Below the pieces are notes generated by a model that was not told the DNA's origin, ran no database searches, and saw nothing but the letters and a program-made list of their open reading frames with translations. Below, in pieces: positions 20,321-29,475 of a stretch of DNA of 36,481 nucleotides (positions are counted from its first letter, which is position 1; each line of letters starts with the position of its first letter). Location: positions 1 to 36,481 of the forward strand of contig JAZDIE010000170.1 in assembly GCA_043805295.1 (NCBI GenBank), written 5' to 3'. This DNA is from Pseudomonadota bacterium (GTDB lineage Bacteria; Desulfobacterota; Desulfobacteria; Desulfobacterales; C00003106). The translations under genes were made by a program, and so were the position numbers.

Positions 20321-23250
20321 ACATCACCTTTATGCAGTCTTATTTTCTTGGATTCTGCCAATTTCATTGCCTTTTCTCTTTTCCTGATCCATATTCCTGC
20401 TGCTGTGACTATCACAAGGGATAGAATTACTACCCCGTAGTTGATCCACTCCCACATCACCTGCCTCGACCTGGTCATAGGCTCAAGTATGCGCGCATGC
20501 GAGCCTCTGGATCTTATGGCAAGCAGGTCTTCGTCTTCAACAGACCAGTCGATAAGGTTTTCTAAAAACTCAAGACCTGCCAGGAATCTGTCCTGACCTA
20601 TCGAACGAGAGATGTTTATGACCAGATCGTTTAAGAATTCAGAGCTTCCAATGACAGCAAGCCTGGCAGACGACGGAGATGTCTTTATTGGCTGCATAAC
20701 AACCTCTTCTGCTTTTTTACCTGCATCTTTTTTCTCTTTGTTGTCAGTCGTTGGCTCGTCTTTTTTCTCTTCATCAAACACCGGTGACGGCTTATCCTTA
20801 AAATAGCTTTCAAACGCACCTTTAACCGACACAGCAAGTGTATGGCGCGCTTTCGCGCCTTCCTCAGGAAAGCCAACAGCAGGATAACGCGCAAAATCAG
20901 GCTGTGTTTCTGTCTTGTCAGTTTCCCATGAGCTATCGGTTGAGGTAACAAGCGCAACCACCTCGCGCTCTTTATTTTTTCCCTTATCAATTTCTATAGG
21001 AGATACCCACTGCATCACTAAAGAATTGAGTTCAGAAACCACAGGACTGTTTTCAGCCATTCCATCTTTACGAATATCTACAAATGGGGGGTAATCGACC
21101 TGGTGTATCTCCTGAATCCGCAAGCCGCCGATGTTTCTTGTAACAGGGACAGGAAACGGCTCGTTCTGAGTATCTAACACCATGGATTCCTTTACATCTA
21201 TGCCGTAAGACTTCAACATATCACGCAGTCCACCTTCAAGCTTACGAATCGCAAGCCCGTTACGCAGACCAGCCTTGTCAATCGAATAATTGCCGGCAGC
21301 AATGATAAGCGACCCGCCACGCATAAGATATTGATCAATGGCAAACTGTTCTTTTTCGTTCATGCGTTGCGGAGCGATAACCAGCATGACATCAACATCC
21401 CCAGGCACACGGCCGGAAGTCAAATCCACCATCTTAATCGCGTAGTTTTCCCTGAATTTCTCCTGCACAAATTGGTAACTCGAAGCCGGAGGCTGAAATT
21501 GTGCGTAAGGATTCTGCTGGTCAGCCTCTTCTTTGGGAAGCCATAATCCTACTGTCTTGAGAAAACCTGAAGCGCATCGTTTGAGCGCGGCTTCAATCTC
21601 GTTTTTCAGGTCAGCCTCTGCCATCTCTCCTGATGGATAGATGCGCTGAACCTCATCGCCCACCTGTAGCAATAGATGTAAATAAAAGGTCTGGTCAGAA
21701 AAGAGTGAAACCGAAAGAGGCTTCAGCCCATACTCTTTCTCAAGATATTCACGATTGATTGAACTCCCTTTGGCGTCAGGGTCGATCATCTCAAACTTAA
21801 ATTTTCCATTGGAACGTTCTGAAAATTCAGACGCTACTTTCTCAATGCGCTGCGGGAGATCATGGAACGTCTTAGGAATTCTATCCTTTGTAATAAAAGC
21901 CTTAAAAGAGATATCACTCGCTATTGATTCAAAGATAGAATCTATGCTCTGGAATCCATAAACAACCTTTTTAATGGATCTGGTCAGGTCATACTCAAGG
22001 TTTCTAAGCTTAACGTCTATATCGCCATCCTTTTTCATATGAACTTCAATTATGTCTTGAAAACCTATAAGCTTGTATTGATCCCCATATTTAATAAGAA
22101 TATCAAAGTATGAGTTGATTACAGAGGCCTCATATCTCCCCTCAATCTGAAAAGGAACAGGTTTGATGCCATATGCCTGATTCGCCTCTTCCTCTATTTT
22201 TTCAGCCTCCCTTGGGTCTACAAACTCAGCAGTGATATTGCCGCCTGAAACTATAGCATATTCTTTTATTAGATCTTTGATGCGAGGTATCAGAGGCGCA
22301 AGGAGCGGATGTGTCTTTTCACTGAAATACCCTCTTATAAGCAGCGGTTCCTGAAGGTTGGTGATCATATCCTTTGTAACCTGGGAAACGCTATATTCGT
22401 TATTCTCTGTAAGGTCTGCGCGAAGGCCGTGTAATGGCAACAGCCAAAGGTTTAATAAAAACAGATTTAGCCCTGTTAGAAGAGCCGCCAGATACGCATT
22501 CTTGCGATATTTTGCAGTGTTTGCGCCACGGCTCCATCGTTTTTTGTCAAGCGAGAGGATGTTCAAGCCCAAAAAAAACAACGTCAATGAAAAATAATAG
22601 ACAAAATCCCGGATATCAAAGACCCCTCGCTCAATACTCTCAAACCTGCTGCCTGAACCTAACCCACGCAGCACATCCCCTGTCCCTGTGGCAAAAAAGT
22701 CCACAACCTGACGGGAACCGACGAGATAAAGCAGGATACAAGCAAATACAGTAGCAAGAAGCGCAATGATCTGATTATCACTCTTAGATGAAAAATAGAG
22801 ACCAATAGCCACATATGCCGCTGACATAAGGAGAGCGCCGACATACCCCCCCATCACAGGCCCCCAGTCCAGATTTCCCATAAACGATACAGAGATCGGA
22901 AGGCCAATCGTAAGCAGAAGTGAAAAAGCCACAAGCAACAATGCCGCAAGGAATTTTCCAAGTACAAGGTGATGCAGCCGAACAGGGAGCGTAAAAAGTA
23001 TCTCGACTGTTCCCATCTTCTGCTCCTCGCTCCAGAGCCGCATAGTCAATGAAGCGACAAGAAAAATGAGGAGCATTGGGAGCCATTGGAATAAGGGACG
23101 AATATCAGCGATATTGCGCGCAAAAAAAGTCTCAATCCAAAAAACTATGAAAAGAGAAACCAATAGAAACGCACTAACAAATATTGAAGCAAGCGGAGAG
23201 CCAAAGTATGCCCTAAGCTCTTTACGCGCTATTGTCCATACCTGATTCAT
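20317..23250 (-). CDS. ABC-2-type permease fused to a large GldG-like (ABC transporter auxiliary) domain, 977 aa
   Basis: The N-terminal ~240 aa contain multiple transmembrane helices typical of ABC-2 permeases. These are followed by a long soluble region and a C-terminal transmembrane helix (VVILSLVIVTAAGIWI). There are ATGA overlaps with both neighbouring genes. Confidence 0.65.
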   Translation of the reverse strand: MNQVWTIARKELRAYFGSPLASIFVSAFLLVSLFIVFWIETFFARNIADIRPLFQWLPMLLIFLVASLTMRLWSEEQKMGTVEILFTLPVRLHHLVLGKFLAALLLVAFSLLLTIGLPISVSFMGNLDWGPVMGGYVGALLMSAAYVAIGLYFSSKSDNQIIALLATVFACILLYLVGSRQVVDFFATGTGDVLRGLGSGSRFESIERGVFDIRDFVYYFSLTLFFLGLNILSLDKKRWSRGANTAKYRKNAYLAALLTGLNLFLLNLWLLPLHGLRADLTENNEYSVSQVTKDMITNLQEPLLIRGYFSEKTHPLLAPLIPRIKDLIKEYAIVSGGNITAEFVDPREAEKIEEEANQAYGIKPVPFQIEGRYEASVINSYFDILIKYGDQYKLIGFQDIIEVHMKKDGDIDVKLRNLEYDLTRSIKKVVYGFQSIDSIFESIASDISFKAFITKDRIPKTFHDLPQRIEKVASEFSERSNGKFKFEMIDPDAKGSSINREYLEKEYGLKPLSVSLFSDQTFYLHLLLQVGDEVQRIYPSGEMAEADLKNEIEAALKRCASGFLKTVGLWLPKEEADQQNPYAQFQPPASSYQFVQEKFRENYAIKMVDLTSGRVPGDVDVMLVIAPQRMNEKEQFAIDQYLMRGGSLIIAAGNYSIDKAGLRNGLAIRKLEGGLRDMLKSYGIDVKESMVLDTQNEPFPVPVTRNIGGLRIQEIHQVDYPPFVDIRKDGMAENSPVVSELNSLVMQWVSPIEIDKGKNKEREVVALVTSTDSSWETDKTETQPDFARYPAVGFPEEGAKARHTLAVSVKGAFESYFKDKPSPVFDEEKKDEPTTDNKEKKDAGKKAEEVVMQPIKTSPSSARLAVIGSSEFLNDLVINISRSIGQDRFLAGLEFLENLIDWSVEDEDLLAIRSRGSHARILEPMTRSRQVMWEWINYGVVILSLVIVTAAGIWIRKREKAMKLAESKKIRLHKGDV

Positions 23251-24182
23251 GACCGGTCACCTCCCCCAAGTCTGGCAAACTCGCTAAACACTGATTCAAG
23301 GGTCTTGACATCCCTTCTAAGTTCAGACAGCTTCCAATCCCTTTTTCGAACAAGTTCATAAATCTGGGGGCATAAATCCCTGCCAGCCTCGCTATGCACC
23401 CTGTATGTAACATAAACTCCAGCGCTTCCTGTGGACTTTACACTTTTAACCCCTTCCACTGCCTTCAATGATTCAACAACGCCGACCGCAGCCTTTTCTA
23501 TGCTAACAATCGCGTCAGATGTGACAGACAACTCCTCCAGTTTTGCGTCTGCCTTTATTTTTCCCTGGAGTATAATAATCGCCCTGTCGCAAACCGCCTC
23601 CACTTCGGAAAGAATGTGAGTCGATATCAAAACCGTACTCTCCTTGGCAAGGTATCGTATAAGACCGCGCAGTTCAAATATCTGAGTAGGATCAAGACCA
23701 TTAGTCGGCTCGTCCAGGATCAGGACAGGCGGCTTATGAAGTATGGCCTGAGCCAGACAAACCCTTTGTCTATACCCCTTGCTAAGCTCGCCTATAAGAG
23801 AGGTCAGCCGATCTTCGATACCCACAGCATAAACCGCTTCTGAAATGCGCTCTTTTCTCTTTTCCTCAGATATCCCGCGCATATCAGCGATCATCTTAAG
23901 ATATCCTTGCACCGACATCTCAGGATATAACGGGGCGTTTTCAGGAAGATAGCCGATCCTTTCATGCACAGAGAATGGATCATTAACAACATTAATCCCG
24001 TCGATCAATGCAGTCCCGCTTGTTGGTTGAATATACCCCGTAAGAATCTTCAACAGAGTAGTCTTACCCGCCCCATTCGGGCCGAGCAATCCCACAATAT
24101 CACCTTTATCCACATGAAACGTCACGTCGCTGAGCGCAGTAACAGATGCGTACTCTTTTGTTACGCCAACTACGTCAATCAT
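23247..24182 (-). CDS. ABC transporter ATP-binding protein (ABC-2 / GldA-like)
   Basis: Walker A GPNGAGKTT, Q-loop, signature LSKGYRQR, Walker B VLILDEPTNGLD, H-loop STH. Confidence 0.92.
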   Translation of the reverse strand: MIDVVGVTKEYASVTALSDVTFHVDKGDIVGLLGPNGAGKTTLLKILTGYIQPTSGTALIDGINVVNDPFSVHERIGYLPENAPLYPEMSVQGYLKMIADMRGISEEKRKERISEAVYAVGIEDRLTSLIGELSKGYRQRVCLAQAILHKPPVLILDEPTNGLDPTQIFELRGLIRYLAKESTVLISTHILSEVEAVCDRAIIILQGKIKADAKLEELSVTSDAIVSIEKAAVGVVESLKAVEGVKSVKSTGSAGVYVTYRVHSEAGRDLCPQIYELVRKRDWKLSELRRDVKTLESVFSEFARLGGGDRS

Positions 24183-24297
24183 AATAATGCCTGACCTTTC
24201 AATTTAATAAAAAATATAAAACCGGATAGTTATTATGGCATGCTATTTGTTAGGGATCAATTTAAATCAAAATTTCTGATTGTCAAGAGGATTGCCA

Positions 24298-24313
24298 ATG
24301 AATTCGTAAAAAG
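24298..24313. repeat. Solo arm of the GGATTCGTAAAAAG repeat family
   Basis: ATGAATTCGTAAAAAG matches the arm ATGGATTCGTAAAAAG (27274-27289) at 15 of 16 positions. The following ~45 bp (to ~24360) contain a GC-rich TTGCGCGCAGG core that loosely resembles the interior of the 27273-27399 element. Confidence 0.45.
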
Positions 24314-24362
24314 TCCGCCTGCTGCATTGCTTCCTGCTCCTGCTTGCGCGCAGGCAAATCGT

Positions 24363-25007
24363 TTAGGTTTTAACAATCAAATTGTCAAGCTCATCTTTGT
24401 CGTCTGGTTTTGCAGGGAAGTATTCCTTGAGAATAATCCCAACGCGGCGCACAGCTTCTGAGATCACCTCACCACCGCGTTTTTGGCGGATGCCGTCTAC
24501 AATCAGCTTAACAATTTCATCCCACTCTCCTTGAGCAACCATAGCGTTTATCCCCTTATCTGCCAGGACATAAACCTTGTGCTCAAAAAGTGAGATATAG
24601 ATAAGAACGCCTGTTGCATCGCGCGTCCGACAGATATTTTGTTTGAAGAAACTGGTTATAGCCGCTTCTTCAACCTCTTCGTCTATCTCCTTTTTTGAGA
24701 CAAAAACACGCTTGAGTGACGGTATACGCCGGATCAGTGTATGAAACAAGGTAAACTTTACCGCAAATAACCCGATGAAAACCCACATGTTTTGGGCGCC
24801 GATCCAGAAAAAACCGCCCACCAGGGGAGTCATAAATATCGACAAAGTAAAGGCAAAAAGAGTGGCGCCGATCACATCAGCCATAGGATAATGGTAGCTG
24901 GCAGAGACCACCATAGGCACAATCTCGCCGGTTGTACAACATTCAGCCTCTTTCACCGAATCAATGATTCTGTGTTTGTCTTCTTCAGAGAGAAATTCTT
25001 TTACCAT
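24363..25007 (-). CDS. TPM-domain membrane protein (second TPM gene of a LemA-TPM-TPM module)
   Basis: An N-terminal cytosolic segment is followed by transmembrane helices, with a C-terminal GVLIYISLFEHKVYVLADKGI TPM-like core. It overlaps the upstream gene by 7 nt. Confidence 0.65.
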   Translation of the reverse strand: MVKEFLSEEDKHRIIDSVKEAECCTTGEIVPMVVSASYHYPMADVIGATLFAFTLSIFMTPLVGGFFWIGAQNMWVFIGLFAVKFTLFHTLIRRIPSLKRVFVSKKEIDEEVEEAAITSFFKQNICRTRDATGVLIYISLFEHKVYVLADKGINAMVAQGEWDEIVKLIVDGIRQKRGGEVISEAVRRVGIILKEYFPAKPDDKDELDNLIVKT

Positions 25008-25735
25008 CCACCAGAGGACCCCCCACCTCCGAAGCCTCCTCCTCCTCCAAACCCGCCGCCAGAGGAAAAACCGCTTCCACCTCCGCTAAACCCGCCATAG
25101 TAACGACCTCGCCTTCGTCCCATGCCGCCAAAAGCGTTCAAAATCATTACAATCAGAAATATCACTAATCCAACATAGCCAAATCCTGATGATCGCTTTT
25201 GCGATCTAGGGACGTTAACGGATTTAAATTCCCCATTTACAGCGGCTATCATAGCGTTTACGCCATTTATAATCCCCTGGTCAAAATCGCCAGACTTAAA
25301 GGTGGGAACAATTAGATCTCGGATAATCTGGCCAGATACAAGATCAGTCAAACGCCCTTCCAGACCATAGCCTACTTCAATGCGGAGTTTTCGCTCCTTT
25401 GTTGCTATCAAAAGAATCGCTCCGTTATCGCGTCCTTTTTGCCCTATCTTCCATGCCTCTGCCAATCGGATAGAAAAATCTTCGAGGCTGTCTCCTTCCA
25501 AAGAAGGGATTGTCAGCACTACAATCTGAGTCGATTCTGCTTCTTCAAATGAACGGAGCGACGTTTCCAGGTAAGACAAGGTGGACTGCGAGAGAATGCC
25601 AGCGTAATCATTGACACGCCCCTTTAAGGCAGGCACATCAAGCGCTAACGCTGGGCAGAGAGTAGCGCATATAACAGCCGCGTTTACCAGTGTAAGCAGA
25701 AGCAGGATATTAAGCTTTGTCAGACGCTTCATCAA
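25001..25735 (-). CDS. TPM-domain protein (YgcG-like) with signal peptide, transmembrane helix and Gly-rich tail
   Basis: [56 protein letters not shown] is the TPM/TLP18.3 signature. The C-terminus is [31 protein letters not shown]. Confidence 0.8.
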   Translation of the reverse strand: MMKRLTKLNILLLLTLVNAAVICATLCPALALDVPALKGRVNDYAGILSQSTLSYLETSLRSFEEAESTQIVVLTIPSLEGDSLEDFSIRLAEAWKIGQKGRDNGAILLIATKERKLRIEVGYGLEGRLTDLVSGQIIRDLIVPTFKSGDFDQGIINGVNAMIAAVNGEFKSVNVPRSQKRSSGFGYVGLVIFLIVMILNAFGGMGRRRGRYYGGFSGGGSGFSSGGGFGGGGGFGGGGSSGGW

Positions 25736-26316
25736 AATGTCACTTTGGGAACCTGCTTGGCCCCCTCTTCTACCTTGAAATATTCTTTGTGCTTAAGATG
25801 AAGCAAAAAATTGTTTGTGAGATTATTCGGAAATTTACGAACAGCGCCGTTAAACTGCTCAACAGCCTTATTGTACCTTTGCCGCGCTACATTGATACGG
25901 TTTTCCGTCCCTTCGAGCTGATTTTGCAGCCCCAAAAAATTCTGGTTTGCTTTAAGATCCGGATAGCGTTCAACAACCACAAGCAGCCTGGATAGCGCTG
26001 AAGATAATTGCCCCTGTGCCTGTTGCATACGCTGCATGGCCTCAGGGCTGCTCAGATCTTCGGCGCTCAACTGAACCGAGCTTGCCTTTGATCTGGCCTC
26101 CACCACTTGCTTAAAAGTTTCTTGCTCATGTTGTGCATATCCCTTAACTACCGCCACCAAATTAGGTATCAGATCAGCCCGGCGCTGAAGGTTAGAATCT
26201 ATATCAGCCCACGCCTTGAATACTGATTCTTCCATTTGTTGTAAGCTATTGTACCCACAGCCTGCCAAGCAAAAAAGAATCGAGAAAAGCCCGACCCATA
26301 TTGCTATCTTTCGCAT
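25732..26316 (-). CDS. lemA: LemA-family protein
   Basis: It has an N-terminal anchor or lipoprotein-like [41 protein letters not shown] and RYNKAV..FN..VRKFPNN are LemA signatures. Confidence 0.85.
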   Translation of the reverse strand: MRKIAIWVGLFSILFCLAGCGYNSLQQMEESVFKAWADIDSNLQRRADLIPNLVAVVKGYAQHEQETFKQVVEARSKASSVQLSAEDLSSPEAMQRMQQAQGQLSSALSRLLVVVERYPDLKANQNFLGLQNQLEGTENRINVARQRYNKAVEQFNGAVRKFPNNLTNNFLLHLKHKEYFKVEEGAKQVPKVTF

Positions 26317-26583
26317 AAATCCTCCCTTTTTTAGATATGGATCATTGAGACGGAATCGCTCTATGAAAAATGACTATCGCAAAATAGGAGCTGTGTGTCA
26401 ATGGAATGTGTGCCTTGAAGTATGGAATACCCAAGTGATTGAAAATATCACCTGTGCGAGCCTAATCATTGTACAGAAGTTATACCTATACTCATACAGA
26501 GGTCATCTCCCTGTGAGGTGTTTGTAATCTTCAGCCTCAAAAAGTTCGATTACTGCTTGTTCAAGTTTTTCTCTATGGTATTA

Positions 26584-27252
26584 TTATAGTGGACTAACAT
26601 GTCGGTAGTACGCATCAGCCTGTCTTGTAGCCATATTGAGTTCATTTTCCAGCACTGTACCAAATGCTTCTATATCTTTTCGTGTGCTCTCGTTCGGCAC
26701 AATGATAGGCGCGCCATAGATACATACCCCTTTCGTAAACGGATATGGAAGCAAAAATCTGTCCCAGCTTTTAAACACCTTGATCCTGCGCGCGCTGTAG
26801 CTGACCGGCACAATCACATATCCTGTCTTTTTCGCAAGTGCGATAATTCCAGGCTTTACCTTGTATCTTGGGCCTTGTGGACCGTCCGGCGTAATTCCAA
26901 TAAACCTGCTCCCGTCAAGGGCATTGATCATCTCTATCATAGCGTGTGCACCTCCTTTTGAGGTGGAACCGCGAATAACAAGATGCCCTTGTTGTTTTGA
27001 AATACGGGCGATGATCTCTCCGTCCTTAGATTTGCTTGCCAAAACAACCCCATTACCCCCCTGGTACAAATAACTCACCATCAGTAACCTTGAATGCCAG
27101 AACGCAATAATTACTTTTTTAGATTCCACAAAACCCTTTATTGCCTCAAATCCGATTATTCGAATATCCATTGTCCCAAAAATAAAATTTATAAAATGCT
27201 TTCCAATAATGCCTATAAGGACGAATTTAAGCTTTTCCAGCCGATCTTTCAT
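26584..27252 (-). CDS. DUF374-like (lysophospholipid-acyltransferase-like) protein commonly linked to lipid A/Kdo genes
   Basis: IIAFWHSRLLM..ASKSKDGEIIA..G..VIRGSTSKGG..ITPDGPQGPRYKVKPG..LAKKTG..IVPVSY. Confidence 0.7.
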   Translation of the reverse strand: MKDRLEKLKFVLIGIIGKHFINFIFGTMDIRIIGFEAIKGFVESKKVIIAFWHSRLLMVSYLYQGGNGVVLASKSKDGEIIARISKQQGHLVIRGSTSKGGAHAMIEMINALDGSRFIGITPDGPQGPRYKVKPGIIALAKKTGYVIVPVSYSARRIKVFKSWDRFLLPYPFTKGVCIYGAPIIVPNESTRKDIEAFGTVLENELNMATRQADAYYRHVSPL

Positions 27253-27272
27253 GATTTATCAAACCGATCCCC

Positions 27273-27399
27273 GATGGATTCGTAAAAAGTTCCATATGCA
27301 AGGCGCGCAAGTTGGGGGATGACGAGGCGTACTCCCTGTACGTTGAGCCATTCACTGACGAAGCGCAACGCCGCAGATGAAGCTTTTTACGAATCCATC
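27273..27399. repeat. Palindromic intergenic element (17-bp perfect inverted arms, 93-bp interior) between lpxB and the DUF374-like gene
   Basis: GATGGATTCGTAAAAAG (27273-27289) is the exact reverse complement of CTTTTTACGAATCCATC (27383-27399). The lpxB stop codon (27387-27389) lies inside the right arm. Confidence 0.8.
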
Positions 27400-28517
27400 A
27401 GCCTTAGCGCCACATCCGCAGCTCTAGCCGACGCCCCTGGCGAGCCAAGTTTGGACCGAATGCCTATAAGCTTTTTATATATCTCAAGCCGCTCTCTTTT
27501 ATTGGATAATACCCTTAAAACATGGGCAGCGATATTTTCAGCAGACACCTCATCCTGAAGAAGCTCCGGCACAACCTCTTCTCCTGCAATCAGATTTACC
27601 AGACCGAAGTGTTTTACTTTGATCAGTATCTGTGCAAGCCAATGGCTAAACCAAGACATTTTATACACAATAACCATAGGGACGCTAAATAGAGCTGCCT
27701 CAAGAGTGACTGTCCCTGAAGCAGCTATGACCAACGCCGCTGACCTGAGCACATCATAGACGTTCCCCTGGCTGATAGTAATATTCAGGCTTACGCCCTT
27801 TATCATATCCTGCACTTTCCCCTTATCCAGAGACGGCGCCACAGGCAGAATAAATCTAACTCCTTTTATATGTCTTGAAACTATTTCAGCGGCTTGCAGC
27901 ATTATTGGAAGAAGCCTGTTTACTTCCTCGTTTCTGCTTCCTGGCAAAAGCCCAACAAGAGGCGCCATATCTATATCCACCATGGTTAAAGAAGGATCAT
28001 GCGCCGGAATCACGTCAAGCAAGGGATGGCCTACAAATGTTACAGGCACATTATTTTGCCTGTAGAACTCGGACTCAAAGGGGAGGATAACCACCATTTC
28101 ATCAACCAGCTTACGAATATTTTTTATCCGGCCTTTCCTCCATGCCCATAACTGCGGGCTTATATAATACATGACAGGGATATTCAGTTTTTTTGCAGTC
28201 TTGGCAAGACGCAGGTTGAAATCAGGAAAATCTATCAGTATAAGAAGTTGCGGTCTTCTCTGCTTTAGTTCTTTCCTGGCAAGGGACAATGCGGAAAGGA
28301 TCGTGTTCAATTTGGAAAAGACCTCGGAAATCCCTACTACTGATAACGTTTCCGCTTCCGCAAAAAGAGTTACGCCGCATTCTTTAAGCATCTTCCCGCC
28401 TATGCCGTAAAACGAAATACCCGGTTCTTTTGCCAACAATGCCTTTACGAGGTTAGCGCCATGCAAGTCGCCTGATGCCTCGCCAGCCACAATCATTATA
28501 TTTTGTTTTGTTTCCAT
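27387..28517 (-). CDS. lpxB: Lipid-A-disaccharide synthase
   Basis: IMIVAGEASGDLHGANLVKAL, YYISPQLWAWRKGR, LLPGSR..E, and the ~376 aa size give the LpxB signature. Confidence 0.92.
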   Translation of the reverse strand: METKQNIMIVAGEASGDLHGANLVKALLAKEPGISFYGIGGKMLKECGVTLFAEAETLSVVGISEVFSKLNTILSALSLARKELKQRRPQLLILIDFPDFNLRLAKTAKKLNIPVMYYISPQLWAWRKGRIKNIRKLVDEMVVILPFESEFYRQNNVPVTFVGHPLLDVIPAHDPSLTMVDIDMAPLVGLLPGSRNEEVNRLLPIMLQAAEIVSRHIKGVRFILPVAPSLDKGKVQDMIKGVSLNITISQGNVYDVLRSAALVIAASGTVTLEAALFSVPMVIVYKMSWFSHWLAQILIKVKHFGLVNLIAGEEVVPELLQDEVSAENIAAHVLRVLSNKRERLEIYKKLIGIRSKLGSPGASARAADVALRLMDS

Positions 28518-29464
28518 CCCTGTTCAATTTGGCTTATGATTTCAAGCGCCACCTCCAATGCCTTTTTCCCATCCGTACCGGACACGACCGGCGGTTCCCT
28601 GGTCAGCACAGAGTGGACAAAGGATTTGATCTCGTCTTCCAAAGGGTCTACACCCGGAAAAGCTTTTGTAGTCATGGACATACCTGGGATCACGCATCCT
28701 GGTGTCTGATTTTCGCCTTTTGAGATTACTGTAAGCTCCCTGCGTGCGCAATCAGCAGAGGCATAAATATCCTGTTGAAATATACGGAACTTACGTTCCA
28801 CCTTAGTCGAGATCCTGCTTGCCGTGATATTGGCAGCACAACCGTTTGAAAATAATATCCTGGCGTTTGCTATATCTATAAGCGGAGATATGACCGACGC
28901 GCCTATCGCATCAATTCGAAAGATATCCGCATGGGCAAAATGAAGCGCTATATCAATATCATGTATCATCAGGTCGAGAACTACGTGGACATCTGTGCCG
29001 CGCGGCTGATATATGCTCATCCGATGCGCTTCAAAAAATCTGGGATTGTTTACAAGCCCTTCAAGCGCAACTATAGCAGGGTTGAATCGTTCGAGGTGGC
29101 CAGACTGAATGATCAACTCTTTTTTTTGCGCAATATCGATAAGCGCATCAGCCTCGTCCACGCTGGTAGTGATCGGTTTTTCTATAAGAAGATCAATTCC
29201 ATTTTCAAGAAATGCCTTGCTGATCTCAAAATGGGCAGGAGTCTGCGTAACAATGCTTGCCGCGTCTATCTTTCCTATCAAGTCACGGTAGTCAAAAAAT
29301 GCCTTGGTATTACACTTATCTGCAAGGTGTTCCGCCTTGTCACGATAGACATCGACAACCCCTGCCAGCTCCACATGCTCCATTTTGGAATATTTTTGGG
29401 CGTGATAAGCGCCCAGACATCCTGATCCTATTACTCCGACGCGCAGTTTTTTAGTCATATTCAT
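28496..29464 (-). CDS. Gfo/Idh/MocA-family NAD(P)-dependent oxidoreductase
   Basis: A Rossmann-type N-terminus LRVGVIGSGCLGAYHA and the EKP motif LLIEKPIT. It overlaps the lpxB start by 22 nt. Confidence 0.85.
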   Translation of the reverse strand: MNMTKKLRVGVIGSGCLGAYHAQKYSKMEHVELAGVVDVYRDKAEHLADKCNTKAFFDYRDLIGKIDAASIVTQTPAHFEISKAFLENGIDLLIEKPITTSVDEADALIDIAQKKELIIQSGHLERFNPAIVALEGLVNNPRFFEAHRMSIYQPRGTDVHVVLDLMIHDIDIALHFAHADIFRIDAIGASVISPLIDIANARILFSNGCAANITASRISTKVERKFRIFQQDIYASADCARRELTVISKGENQTPGCVIPGMSMTTKAFPGVDPLEDEIKSFVHSVLTREPPVVSGTDGKKALEVALEIISQIEQGWKQNKI

Positions 29465-29475
29465 ATATTAACTTC

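Noticed and set aside
24240-24461. Plus-strand ORFs 24240-24461, 27319-27558 and 33995-34186.
   Set aside because: They are read-through of intergenic repeat elements into the antisense strand of neighbouring genes (peptides such as EFVKSP, DEAFYESI, FVPLCE). They have no ribosome-binding site.
26317-26583. A 267-bp unassigned gap between lemA and the DUF374-like gene, considered as a possible sRNA, riboswitch or small ORF.
   Set aside because: I found only a weak minus-strand promoter candidate (TTGACA 26396-26401, 17 nt, GATAGT 26373-26378), one 9-nt repeat core and a 54-aa ORF without a ribosome-binding site. No convincing structure or motif could be supported by eye.
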